DNA of 64,000 bases from Bdellovibrionota bacterium. GTDB taxonomy: Bacteria > Bdellovibrionota_C > UBA2361 > JBIKUX01. Below, piece by piece: positions 1-9,344 of the stretch. The stretch covers positions 25,206 through 89,205 of the forward strand of contig JBIKUX010000006.1 of the NCBI GenBank assembly GCA_044347345.1, read 5' to 3'. Numbering within the stretch: position 1 is the first letter of the stretch; every line of letters begins with the position of its first letter. Under the pieces are notes generated by a model that had not been told where the DNA came from, did no database searches, and saw only the letters and a program-made list of their open reading frames with translations. The position numbers and the translations under genes were made by a program.

Positions 1-1039
1 AAGCGAGTCAGTTCTGGATGAACTAACTCCTCATCTAAGAGTAGCAATTGAATCTGCTGATGTACGTTTAAGTTTCCATGAAGGGATAACGGCACTAGCT
101 TTTTTGGCCTTTCGAGAGTTAGGTCTAGATTATGGTGTAGTAGAGGTAGGATTAGGTGGTCGCTTAGATTCAACTAATGTCATTACACGACCAGAAGTTG
201 CGATTATTACATCGATTGGATTCGATCATTGTCATATTCTTGGTAATACTTTAGCTGAGATAGCTAGGGAAAAAGCTGGAATAATAAAGGTAAACTCGGT
301 GACAGTTGTAGGAGAACTTTTAGATGAGGCTCTGAAACAGATAGTAAATATTGCCATGTCGAAACGTTCGCAACTCTTTATTTTTGATCGTGATTTTTAT
401 GCGAAAACACGTGATGATCAAGTTGAGATAGTATTATCAGATGAAGAAAGATTAACTACTAAATTGGCCTTACAGGGGGTACATCAACAGAAAAATGCGG
501 CTGTAGCGGCCTACGCTACACATACTATCGGTATTGATAAGCAATCAATTTCCTTAGGATTGTCTCGAGTATTTTGGCCAGGTCGATTTGAAGAGGTAGA
601 GTTACCTAATGGCCGTATTATTCTGGACTGTGCTCATAATCCAAATGGGATTGATACCTTTATTGCGACTCTTAATTTAACTCAGCATGTTATTCCCAAT
701 GCTATTGGTTTTGGTTGTTTAGATACTAAAGACTGGAGAGGAATGATTGATAGATTGGTAGCGTATGCTCCGAGTGCTGAATGGCTTATTGGTGAGCCTG
801 AATCTTCTCAATCAGTGAGTAGTGAAATAATTGAAGAATATTTATCGGGTTTTGGTATAAGAGCTACTTCTTTCAAAGCACGATATCAAGATTTAGCTTC
901 TGCTCTTTGTGCAGCGGCTTCACGACAATCACAACGGGTGGGCAATAATAATAAGGGACTAGCGGTTCTCGCCGGATCGATCTATCTCCTAGGTAAGGTG
1001 CGTCCTTACTTCGTCTCGTATAATCGCTTGATTTGGTAA
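1..1039 (+). CDS. folC: Folylpolyglutamate synthase / dihydrofolate synthase (FolC), 5'-truncated by window edge
   Basis: Reading frame is open from position 2 with no upstream stop, so the gene begins outside the window. Motifs EVGLGGRLDSTNV and IITSIGFDHCHILGNTLAEIAREKAGIIK are typical of the Mur-ligase/FolC family. Confidence 0.8.
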   Translation, partial: SESVLDELTPHLRVAIESADVRLSFHEGITALAFLAFRELGLDYGVVEVGLGGRLDSTNVITRPEVAIITSIGFDHCHILGNTLAEIAREKAGIIKVNSVTVVGELLDEALKQIVNIAMSKRSQLFIFDRDFYAKTRDDQVEIVLSDEERLTTKLALQGVHQQKNAAVAAYATHTIGIDKQSISLGLSRVFWPGRFEEVELPNGRIILDCAHNPNGIDTFIATLNLTQHVIPNAIGFGCLDTKDWRGMIDRLVAYAPSAEWLIGEPESSQSVSSEIIEEYLSGFGIRATSFKARYQDLASALCAAASRQSQRVGNNNKGLAVLAGSIYLLGKVRPYFVSYNRLIW

Positions 1040-1132
1040 TTTTTATTAGCTAGTCGGTGTCGATATAAGAGCCTCGAGATAGGGACTTAAAGATAGTGGT
1101 GGAAATCCCTTTTAAAGTCTTAGGAACTACGT

Positions 1133-2056
1133 ATGTCTTCTCTTTTTACAGTGGTTGACGCAGTTATAGAGCGATGGATTCTTGAGGAAATTGGTGAAGA
1201 TGACCTAAGATTACCCATTCGGTATATGACAACAGATAGTGGTGCGGCAGGTAAGAGAATTCGTTCTCAATTAGCATTCGCTGTTTATACTGATTGTGGT
1301 GGATTATCTATGCAGGCAATTGCACCCGCTCTTGCTGCCTTGGAAATGATGCATACTGCTACTCTTATTCATGATGATTTACCAGCTTTAGATAATGATG
1401 ACTACAGGCGCGGTAGATTGTCGTGTCATAAACAATTCTCAGAGTCGATAGCTATTTTGGTTGGTGATTGTTTAATGACAGGCGCTATCACAGTGCTTGG
1501 TACATTACCTTTTAATTCCAATGTTATAAGTGACACAATCAGATACCTTTCTGGGGCGGTAACGGCTGTTAATCGTGGTCAAGTTTGGGATCTTCGCCGT
1601 ACTCCCAATGATAATTTACGAGGCTTATATAGATTAAAGACCGGCGCTTTATTTAGAGCTGCTTTAGTCATTGGTGCTCGACTAGCCTTAAATTCATCTG
1701 GTACAGAGAGTAGTGACAATAGCGACGAAATATTCGCTGTTTTTGGAAGATTGGGAGATGAGATAGGGATTTTGTTTCAGCTTCTCGATGACCTTATTGA
1801 TAAAACTGAGGAGAAAGGGCGGCTTGGATTATCTAGTGACTTACGTCTAGAAAAAAAGACTATATCAGAATTAGACTCAGACATAGCCTCCGAATATGTT
1901 GTAACTACCGTTCGAGGTATTTTTGGAGCTTATGATGATTTGACCAGATTAGGGGTCGCAATCGAAAAAACTAGAGGTATTATTGATCCATTAATCACGA
2001 AAATAAGTAATCTGATAGTTGGTTCTGATATCGAGCAAATTGATTCAAGTATTTAA
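1133..2056 (+). CDS. Short-chain polyprenyl diphosphate synthase (FPP/GGPP synthase family)
   Basis: First DDxxD motif (LIHDDLPALDNDDYRRG) and second motif (FQLLDDLID) of trans-isoprenyl diphosphate synthases. Confidence 0.8.
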   Translation: MSSLFTVVDAVIERWILEEIGEDDLRLPIRYMTTDSGAAGKRIRSQLAFAVYTDCGGLSMQAIAPALAALEMMHTATLIHDDLPALDNDDYRRGRLSCHKQFSESIAILVGDCLMTGAITVLGTLPFNSNVISDTIRYLSGAVTAVNRGQVWDLRRTPNDNLRGLYRLKTGALFRAALVIGARLALNSSGTESSDNSDEIFAVFGRLGDEIGILFQLLDDLIDKTEEKGRLGLSSDLRLEKKTISELDSDIASEYVVTTVRGIFGAYDDLTRLGVAIEKTRGIIDPLITKISNLIVGSDIEQIDSSI

Positions 2057-2110
2057 AATTTAGTAATTAGCCTCATAACTTTTTGATGTGGTGAGATAAA
2101 ATTTTCTATT

Positions 2111-2193
2111 TTAAATTATGGGTGTCTTAAATTAGAGTGGGTGTCTTAAGTTAGAGAAGTTTTTTTAAATTATGGGTGTCTTAAATTTGGAGT
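2111..2193 (+). repeat. Three direct copies of TGGGTGTCTTAA(A/G)TT(A)GAG; the third copy contains the start codon of the IMPase-family gene
   Basis: ttaaattatgggtgtcttaaatt occurs at 2111-2133 and 2165-2187. A variant gtgggtgtcttaagttagag lies at 2137-2156. The ATG at 2172 lies inside copy 3. Confidence 0.7.
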
Positions 2194-2972
2194 ATCAGGC
2201 CGTTGTAGCTGCGGTAAAGGAAGTTGGAGATTTGCTATGTTCTTTGTGGCCCGTTAACGGTGATGCTAGCCACTTGTGTCCCACAGAAAAGGGTGATGGT
2301 AGTTTGGTTTCAAAGGCAGATTATTTAGCGAACGAATTACTGATTAAACGGATTCAGAATTGTTTTCCAAATGATCAGATTCACTCTGAAGAATCTCCTT
2401 TGATTAATTTCCGTTCTACAGATCAGTGGAGATGGATAATTGATCCCTTGGATGGAACTAAATCTTTTCTCGCTGGTCGTGATGATTTTTCGGTACTTGT
2501 CTGTCGCACCAAAGACGGTGAGCCTGACTTTGCTGTTATGTATTTTCCGGTGCGTAATGTGCTTGCACTAGCAGTTTGTGGTGAGGGAGCTACAATTAAT
2601 GGTGTTTCTAGTATGGTAGCTAATCACAAGCTACCTCGTAAGGCTGGTATCTATGTAAGAAATACTACTATAAATATTCAATCTGATAGTATATATCCAG
2701 ATAGTATGGATTCAGGGCTAGCGCAGCTAAATGTAGCGCAGGGTACTTTTGATGGAGCAATTATTGGCTTAACTACACATAGGGAGTGGGATATTGCAGC
2801 TCCGTCACTTATAGTTAAGGAGTCTGGTGGTATCGTAACCGACGAAAGTGGTACACCTATTTTGTTTAATCACCCAGGTATCACAGCTAAAATATACATA
2901 GCTGCTAGCTCTGCTAGTTACAAAACACTCTTCTCTAGTATTACACCCTATTCTAAGCAAAGCTACCACTAG
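2172..2972 (+). CDS. Inositol monophosphatase / CysQ-family phosphatase
   Basis: WIIDPLDGTKSFLAGRDDFSVLV matches the IMPase-family metal-binding signature (W-IDP-DGT). Confidence 0.75.
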   Translation: MGVLNLEYQAVVAAVKEVGDLLCSLWPVNGDASHLCPTEKGDGSLVSKADYLANELLIKRIQNCFPNDQIHSEESPLINFRSTDQWRWIIDPLDGTKSFLAGRDDFSVLVCRTKDGEPDFAVMYFPVRNVLALAVCGEGATINGVSSMVANHKLPRKAGIYVRNTTINIQSDSIYPDSMDSGLAQLNVAQGTFDGAIIGLTTHREWDIAAPSLIVKESGGIVTDESGTPILFNHPGITAKIYIAASSASYKTLFSSITPYSKQSYH

Positions 2973-3906
2973 GGTCAGCATTTCTCATAGGCGGTAAATT
3001 CATAGGCGGTAAAGTAGAAGAAGCGGGTGTTGTTGATGATGCTGTTCTAGCAGAATCAGGAGGAGAAGCGCTAGCAACACTTACACCCTTATCTGGTGTC
3101 GATTCGGCTATAGATATGGGTGTGACCGGCGGCGGCGGGGCTGGTGATGGATTTTTTAAACTATTTAAATAATTTATTCCTCCTGCTACGCCACCCTGTT
3201 GGAGTGCCGTGGCTAAATCTGCTGGCGTATGTTTAGTCTGCAGGGCTAAGTTTAAAAAATCAATTGCCTTTTCTGGGGTAATGGGAGCTAACCAACCCTC
3301 ATCATCTTTAGACTGAAGTTTTGCTTGTAAGTAACTCCTAATTGTGTAATTACTATCACCAGGTTGGTTGGGTATAGTAGTATTGAGTAGTTCTGTTAAG
3401 TTTGAGTCATTGAGCAGATTTTTAAGTTCTGTGGTTCGATCTGGATCCGTTGTGGTTAGATCTGGATCCGCAGTTACTTCTTGATTAGATGCTACTTGTG
3501 ACTGTTGTGGTGGAGGGTTTGATGAAAGGGGGGTCCACTTATCAAAAAGGTTGGGGGGGGAATTACCTACTTCCCGGCTCGCTGCGGCTCTGGCGTATGG
3601 CCTTAATTGAGACGAAGACGGATACGGATACGGATACGGATACGGAGGCGCTGTATTACTAAAAAGTCCTTGACCGGGATCAATAGATGCAACTAAAGTC
3701 CGGTTTCTCTGCGCAAGTTGTTGTTGTCGCATTAGCTGCCGTTCCTGTCTATCGTATGCAGCATCTTCTCTAATTTTTTGAATTGCTGTGTCTATTGGGA
3801 GTGTTGCATATTCGGTCACCAATTGAGAAACTGCACCCGATAATCTATTAAGAATATTTTTAATAAATTGCTGACCGAGCCTATCAAAGATTACTCCAAC
3901 ATCCAT
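2953..3906 (-). CDS. Hypothetical proline/serine-rich low-complexity protein with PYPYPYPY repeat
   Basis: Long ORF. Pro/Ser/Thr/Gln-rich C-terminal two-thirds. Contains (GATACG)x4 encoding PYPYPYPY, a ~20-bp tandem duplication, and a G8 homopolymer inside the CDS. No recognisable family. Confidence 0.45.
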   Translation of the reverse strand: MDVGVIFDRLGQQFIKNILNRLSGAVSQLVTEYATLPIDTAIQKIREDAAYDRQERQLMRQQQLAQRNRTLVASIDPGQGLFSNTAPPYPYPYPYPSSSQLRPYARAAASREVGNSPPNLFDKWTPLSSNPPPQQSQVASNQEVTADPDLTTTDPDRTTELKNLLNDSNLTELLNTTIPNQPGDSNYTIRSYLQAKLQSKDDEGWLAPITPEKAIDFLNLALQTKHTPADLATALQQGGVAGGINYLNSLKNPSPAPPPPVTPISIAESTPDKGVSVASASPPDSARTASSTTPASSTLPPMNLPPMRNADPSGSFA

Positions 3907-3926
3907 AATATTAATCTAGTCCAAAT

Positions 3927-4838
3927 CTAACACTTAGATTTTTTATTAAAGTTTGCGCCTAATTGTTGTGAGCGACACTTTTTTGAGCAAGTTTTATATT
4001 GTTGTCCATATTCAATACACTGATCACACACTACAGTGTTTTTGCTACAGGAGCTGCATGAAATTCTTATAGCTCCAGGGTTACCACAGTGAGGACACAG
4101 ATTATAAATGCTTGATGGAGCAAGCTCTTGTGTTACGGCTACTCGTTTATCAAAAACAAAACATTCACCTCGGAAAAAACTATTTGGATAAGACTCTAAG
4201 TAATTTAATATCCCACCATCTAATTGATAGACTTCTTTAAAGCCTCGTTCCTTAAAGGAGAATATCGCCTTTTCGCACCTTACTCCACCCGTACAAAAAA
4301 TTAGAGTTTTTTTGTCTTTAGGAAGGGAAGCGTTGTCCAGATAGTCTGGTAATTCTGAAAATTTTTGAATATTTGGAGTTATAGCTCCATCAAAAGTGCC
4401 AAGCTGCCACTCATAAGTATTTCTTGTGTCTACAATGAGAATATCTTCACCTGACGTTAATAGTGACTGCCATTCAGATGGAGAAATATGGTTATTTCGA
4501 GTCGAAATATCATTGGTATGATTTACCTCGTGTGGCTTACGAATAAAGAGAGTAATTATCTCAGGTCGAATAACTACTTTGAGTATTTTAAAAGGCTTTT
4601 GCTTTACCCAACTTTTTTTTATCTGTAAGCCTTCGGTATTAAAGTGAGTTGCAAATCCATTTAAGAAGTGATGAAAATTTTGCTCCTCGCCAGAAACAGT
4701 TGCATTATATCCTTCAGGACTAATGATAAAGTGTCCCACTATGTTAAAAGAGCGGCCTATTTCCTCAAGATATGTTTTATGCTGAGCTAGTTCTTCAGAG
4801 GATATTTGGGTAAAGAGATAAAAAGATGCAACGATCAT
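3927..4838 (-). CDS. trhO: Rhodanese-domain tRNA U34 hydroxylase TrhO (YceA/UPF0176 family) with Cys-rich C-terminal extension
   Basis: Rhodanese active-site loop CTGGVRCEKA. C-terminus carries four CxxC pairs (CPHCG..CSSCS..CDQC..CSKKC), suggesting a zinc ribbon. Confidence 0.65.
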   Translation of the reverse strand: MIVASFYLFTQISSEELAQHKTYLEEIGRSFNIVGHFIISPEGYNATVSGEEQNFHHFLNGFATHFNTEGLQIKKSWVKQKPFKILKVVIRPEIITLFIRKPHEVNHTNDISTRNNHISPSEWQSLLTSGEDILIVDTRNTYEWQLGTFDGAITPNIQKFSELPDYLDNASLPKDKKTLIFCTGGVRCEKAIFSFKERGFKEVYQLDGGILNYLESYPNSFFRGECFVFDKRVAVTQELAPSSIYNLCPHCGNPGAIRISCSSCSKNTVVCDQCIEYGQQYKTCSKKCRSQQLGANFNKKSKC

Positions 4839-4922
4839 TAAATACTACTTCTGTATATATCTAAATAGAAACCACGCTAAAGAGGTTTTAAGGAGTAAGC
4901 AAATAACTTTAAGCTATCTGAG

Positions 4923-6536
4923 TTAATAAGCTCTGGCAAATATCGCCCTCACTCTGGCAGGACGACCTGTAAGAACGCATGAACCTAACTCGCCATCTTT
5001 ATAAAAAGTGTCTCCTTCAATAGGGATACACCGCACAGAGACTTTAAGTGGCGCAAGTAATTCTTCAGTCTCAGCCGCTTCACTCCACGGAGCTACTATA
5101 AAGCCAGAGGAAGAAGAAGCATTTGCAGTGCCTGCTAATCCAATGTCATTTTCAGCCTCCTCCTTTCCTGCTTCAAAGTAATGCTGAAAATCTTTAAATG
5201 TTGCTACGGATGACTCTGTCCGAGATTTTAAAATATCAAACGCTTGAGATCTGTAAGTATCTTGAATTTCTTGTAAAATATCAGCAGCCTGAGATAGGAA
5301 TTGGGTTCTGTCAATGATTAGCTTATCTTTTGGTTCTTTATCTCTCCGATACAAAACTATATTGCCACTGGCTACATCTCGAGGGCCTACTTCCACTCGA
5401 AGGGGTATCCCTTTTTTAATCCATTGCCAGTTTTTTTCACCACCGCGAATATCACGGTCATCTACAGTAACTCTCAAAGTCTCACCCCAACAAGTTACGT
5501 TTTCTAGCGAATTTTTAAGATCAGTACAAAATTTTATTACAGAGTTCGCGCTATCTGACTTTGGTATAACTGGAAGAATAACTATATGCTTAGGCGAAAT
5601 TCGAGGAGGAAGGCGCACTCCGTTATCGTCTCCATGCACCATTAACATACCCCCAATTAAACGAGTAGAAACGCCCCATGAGGTGGTAAAAGCATGCATA
5701 CGCACGCCTGTTTCATTTAAAAACATTATATTGCAAGCTTTGGCAAAATTCTGACCGAGATAATGAGAAGTCCCAGCCTGAAGTGCCTTGCCATCTTGCA
5801 TCATCGCTTCAATGGTAAAGGAATTCTCTGCCCCTGGAAAACGTTCGAATTTAGGTTTTTCACCTCTAATGCATGGGATAGCCATACAGTCGTTGACAAA
5901 ATCATAATAAATTTTGTGCATTAGCTTAGTCTCAGCTAATGCTTCCTCAGCAGTAGCATGTACAGTGTGGCCTTCTTGCCACAAAAATTCGGAAGTTCTG
6001 AGGAATAAACGAGTTCGCATTTCCCATCGGACTACATTTGCCCATTGGTTAATTAATAACGGAAGATCACGATAAGATTGAACCCATCTAGAGAAAGCGT
6101 CACCGATAATTGTCTCAGAAGTTGGTCTCACAACTAAAGGTTCTTCAAGTTGGCCTGCTGGTACTAATTTGCCATCTTTACTCTCAAGACGATGATGGGT
6201 AACAACGGCACATTCCTTGGCAAATCCTTCGATGTGAGCAGCTTCCTTTTCAAGAAAACTAAGCGGAATAAAAAGCGGAAAATAAGCATTTTCATGTCCA
6301 GTAGATTTGATTTTTTCATCAAGAAATCGCTGAACACGTTCCCAAATTCCGTAGCCCCACGGCTTTATAATCATGCATCCACGCACCGGAGAGTGCTCTG
6401 CTAGTGAACCAGCTTTTATAATAGCCTGATACCACTCAGGAAAGTTTTCCGCACGCGTGGGTGTTATTGCTGTTGATGATGATGATGATGTTGTTGTTGC
6501 TGTTGTCTCGTCACTCATAAGTGGATAAAAAGTCAA
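4923..6536 (-). CDS. proS: Prolyl-tRNA synthetase, eukaryal/archaeal-type (no bacterial insertion/editing domain), with Ser/Thr-rich N-terminal extension
   Basis: FPEWYQAIIKAGSLAEHSPVRGCMIIKPWGYGIWERVQ resembles the N-terminal catalytic region of archaeal/eukaryal-type ProRS. Class II aaRS motifs present. Length 537 aa. Confidence 0.85.
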   Translation of the reverse strand: MTFYPLMSDETTATTTSSSSSTAITPTRAENFPEWYQAIIKAGSLAEHSPVRGCMIIKPWGYGIWERVQRFLDEKIKSTGHENAYFPLFIPLSFLEKEAAHIEGFAKECAVVTHHRLESKDGKLVPAGQLEEPLVVRPTSETIIGDAFSRWVQSYRDLPLLINQWANVVRWEMRTRLFLRTSEFLWQEGHTVHATAEEALAETKLMHKIYYDFVNDCMAIPCIRGEKPKFERFPGAENSFTIEAMMQDGKALQAGTSHYLGQNFAKACNIMFLNETGVRMHAFTTSWGVSTRLIGGMLMVHGDDNGVRLPPRISPKHIVILPVIPKSDSANSVIKFCTDLKNSLENVTCWGETLRVTVDDRDIRGGEKNWQWIKKGIPLRVEVGPRDVASGNIVLYRRDKEPKDKLIIDRTQFLSQAADILQEIQDTYRSQAFDILKSRTESSVATFKDFQHYFEAGKEEAENDIGLAGTANASSSSGFIVAPWSEAAETEELLAPLKVSVRCIPIEGDTFYKDGELGSCVLTGRPARVRAIFARAY

Positions 6537-6566
6537 AGAACTAGATGTGAACTCAGCTCTTGCATG

Positions 6567-7346
6567 TTAGCCATCAATGGAACCGGCAATTTGAGCTTGA
6601 ATCCCTTGCTCTTGAATTTCTGCTCCTATTTGAGGAGTACCGGAAACGTGAATAACGTTTGTTTCAGGAGCAATTGAGACCTTTAGGTCGTCGCTAAATC
6701 GAGAAAAGCCGTACCTGACTGCTCCGCCGTTATCTCTAAGAAGATCCCGACATGCTTTATCTTGACCGCTAAACCAAAGTTGCTGGTATCTCTCTAGTAG
6801 AGCGCTATCGTCTAAAAGCTCTCGGTCGATCATGGCTAGACATCTTGTGTCAATAAGCACTAAGCCCGTCTCTTTGCTTCCTGATAAATCTCCTTCGCAA
6901 TCTTCACCCCTTACTCCTTCAGGATGGATAATAATAGAGGATTTATAAGGATTACGATGAATTCGATAGGTGCCGGAATCAAGTGCGATAACCTGTCCTC
7001 CGTACTGACTTACTACCTCATTTTTGACCTCTGGAGCTTCATCTATGATTTTCGATAAGCTTGCAATAAAGCGCGGATTGGCAAGCATGAACTGGTCAAT
7101 TAAAACTAAGTTACCACTTTCAACTGCTATTCTCTCTCGTTTGTTACCGCTATCAAAGCTTTGTCGGTGGTGACGCGACCTTCTGTGACGTCCACTGTGA
7201 TGACGTCCACTACTATGCTGTCCACTATTATGCTGTCCACCGTGATGCTGATGCCCGCCGCGACCTTCTGAATGATTACCATTATTATTTCCGTGATGTT
7301 GGCCTCTACGACCGCTGCCTCTTCGAGCAGAATGCTCCTTACGCAT
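6567..7346 (-). CDS. Hypothetical protein with ~60-aa His/Gly/Arg-rich N-terminal tail
   Basis: N-terminus is MRKEHSARRGSGRRGQHHGNNNGNHSEGRGGHQHHGGQHNSGQHSSGRHHSGRHRRSRHHRQ, followed by a ~190-aa globular-looking domain of unknown family. Confidence 0.5.
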   Translation of the reverse strand: MRKEHSARRGSGRRGQHHGNNNGNHSEGRGGHQHHGGQHNSGQHSSGRHHSGRHRRSRHHRQSFDSGNKRERIAVESGNLVLIDQFMLANPRFIASLSKIIDEAPEVKNEVVSQYGGQVIALDSGTYRIHRNPYKSSIIIHPEGVRGEDCEGDLSGSKETGLVLIDTRCLAMIDRELLDDSALLERYQQLWFSGQDKACRDLLRDNGGAVRYGFSRFSDDLKVSIAPETNVIHVSGTPQIGAEIQEQGIQAQIAGSIDG

Positions 7347-7806
7347 GTACTGACCTCAAATAAAACTAGAACAATTAAAGCTGCTTGGCGTACATACTGC
7401 TTCAACAAGAATCGAAGCTTTTCAGTTTTTTAAACCAAGTTTTTTAAACCACTGAGAGTATGTGCAATTTTTTCTCTTCTATACTTGTATCACCCCTTAA
7501 GCACGTCATGCAAGGAATCTACAAAGTAAGTCTCTTGAGTCTAGGTCTGGACGGGGAGCCATCCTGAGGAAATGCCTAAGCATCCTAAGTATTATAGCTA
7601 GATTTAAAAATCACTTTCGTGTCTCAACTATGAAGGGGCATGAGTAGTAAACGGATAGACTGTTCAAGCAGAACTGGTTTGTGACCGATACCCTAATACA
7701 AACGTGAGTGCTTTGGGTTATTAGAGAATCGCTCAGGTTTGAAGAACAAGCAAGATTTAGCGATTTAATAACTGAAATAAGCACAGCGGTAAAGTAACGT
7801 GAATCA

Positions 7807-8292
7807 GTGTTGGTAAGCATGCGAGATGAGACCGTTTTGACTAATGCCTATCTCGGACAGGAAGGTTTGAGCTTCGACCCAGAAGAGGTAATCCTTGAAG
7901 GTGTATACCGAGATGAACTTTCAGCATACAGAGCTCGCCGAGTATGGCGAGAAGCTTTGGAAAGCAACTTTTTGTTAGAATTAGACCGAGATTTTAAACT
8001 TAATGTTGCTTTTGAGGATGAAAAAGACGTGTTTAAATTACGGTGTGATTTTGGTTCTGCTTGTGGACGCTATGCTTTCTGGAGACTAACACACAATCAG
8101 GCTCCGGAAACGCAGTATTTACTTGAAACTGGGCATATACCTGTATCAGAGCAAAAACATAAAGAGCTTTGTGATGCTGCTGACTTATCTGTTGAAAGAT
8201 ACCTACCAGCGATACTTAGAGGATCATACAAGCATGATTCTACTTGGTCATTACAACGACTTTCTCACTGGGTTCGATCTATATTTTCATGA
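7807..8292 (+). CDS. Hypothetical protein (161 aa), uncertain
   Basis: ORF only. Relatively GC-richer than its surroundings. 3' end overlaps the convergent bioB by ~28 nt. No recognisable motif. Confidence 0.25.
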   Translation: MLVSMRDETVLTNAYLGQEGLSFDPEEVILEGVYRDELSAYRARRVWREALESNFLLELDRDFKLNVAFEDEKDVFKLRCDFGSACGRYAFWRLTHNQAPETQYLLETGHIPVSEQKHKELCDAADLSVERYLPAILRGSYKHDSTWSLQRLSHWVRSIFS

Positions 8293-9344
8293 ATTAGGGA
8301 ATGAGCTAATTCGTATGAAGCTGACCTTTGTTCATCTGAGTCTTGCCGCCAGTACATTCCTAATTTATTTAGAAGTTCTGTATCTTGATCTGAGTCAGGG
8401 TTTGGAGTAGTTAAGAGCTTCTCTCCGGCAAAAACGGAGTTTGCTCCAGCTAATAAACACAAAGCGTGCCCTTCGTCGGATAACTGCATCCTACCAGCTG
8501 ATAATCTCACCATTGATTTTGGCATAGTGATGCGAGCTAGAGCGATAATTCTCACAAAATCAATTATTGAAATATCGTCTGAGTTGGCGAGGGGAGTGCC
8601 TTCAACTTTTACTAACATGTTGATAGGCACACTCTCTGGATGAGGATTTAGCGTAGCAAGCTGGGTAAGGAGGCCGATTCGGTCATCTAGAGATTCGCCC
8701 ATCCCAACAATTCCACCACAACAAACAGTTATTCCAGCGTCACGCACAGCCTGGATAGTACGAAGCCGTTCATCGTAAGTCCTTGTAGTAATGATATTAC
8801 CGTAATATTCAGGCGAAGTATCAAGATTATGATTGTAAGCAGTACAACCAGCCTGACGTAAACGCTCAGCTTGAGCTTTTGATAGCATTCCTAAAGTACA
8901 ACAAACCTCCATATCAAGGGAACGAACCGTGCTTACAAGGTCAAGAAGCGCATCAAACTCTGGCCCATCCCGGACTTCACGCCAAGCGGCTCCCATACAA
9001 AATCTGGTACTTCCTTGCGCTTTGGCTGCTGAAGCCTTTTCTTTAACGATATTTTTTGGCAGAAGTTTATGTTTTTCTACTCCTGTAGAATAGTGAGCAC
9101 TTTGAGGACAATAAGAGCAATTTTCAGGACAACCACCTGTTTTAATCGACAACAGAGTTGAACGTTGTACCTCATAAGGGGAGAAGAATTTACGATGAAT
9201 TAGTTGAGCTGCCATCAATAGGTCAGGAAATGGCAAGGTAGCTAAGTCTTTTATTATTTCTCTAGTCCAATTGTGCTTTGGCTCGTATTCCTCGAGATTT
9301 GTAACTTCTAGAAAAATTTTTTCTTGGGATTTAGTCTTAGACAT
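8265..9344 (-). CDS. bioB: Biotin synthase (radical SAM)
   Basis: Radical-SAM CxxxCxxC motif ([11 protein letters not shown]). BioB-like length and overall pattern. Confidence 0.9.
   Translation of the reverse strand: MSKTKSQEKIFLEVTNLEEYEPKHNWTREIIKDLATLPFPDLLMAAQLIHRKFFSPYEVQRSTLLSIKTGGCPENCSYCPQSAHYSTGVEKHKLLPKNIVKEKASAAKAQGSTRFCMGAAWREVRDGPEFDALLDLVSTVRSLDMEVCCTLGMLSKAQAERLRQAGCTAYNHNLDTSPEYYGNIITTRTYDERLRTIQAVRDAGITVCCGGIVGMGESLDDRIGLLTQLATLNPHPESVPINMLVKVEGTPLANSDDISIIDFVRIIALARITMPKSMVRLSAGRMQLSDEGHALCLLAGANSVFAGEKLLTTPNPDSDQDTELLNKLGMYWRQDSDEQRSASYELAHSLIHENIDRTQ

Noticed and set aside
5314-5754. 146-aa ORF on + strand inside proS
   Set aside because: Antisense and nested within a high-confidence CDS. 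No motif. Typical spurious ORF in AT-rich DNA.
7540-7580. Possible SRP (4.5S) RNA domain-IV-like motif GGTCTGGACGGGGAGCC
   Set aside because: Only a partial resemblance to the conserved GGUCCGGAAGGAAGCAGC core and no convincing flanking helix. Kept only as part of the broader intergenic-region finding.
8123-8410. 95-aa + strand ORF overlapping the bioB 3' region
   Set aside because: Overlaps both the 161-aa ORF and bioB. Hydrophobic junk-like translation.
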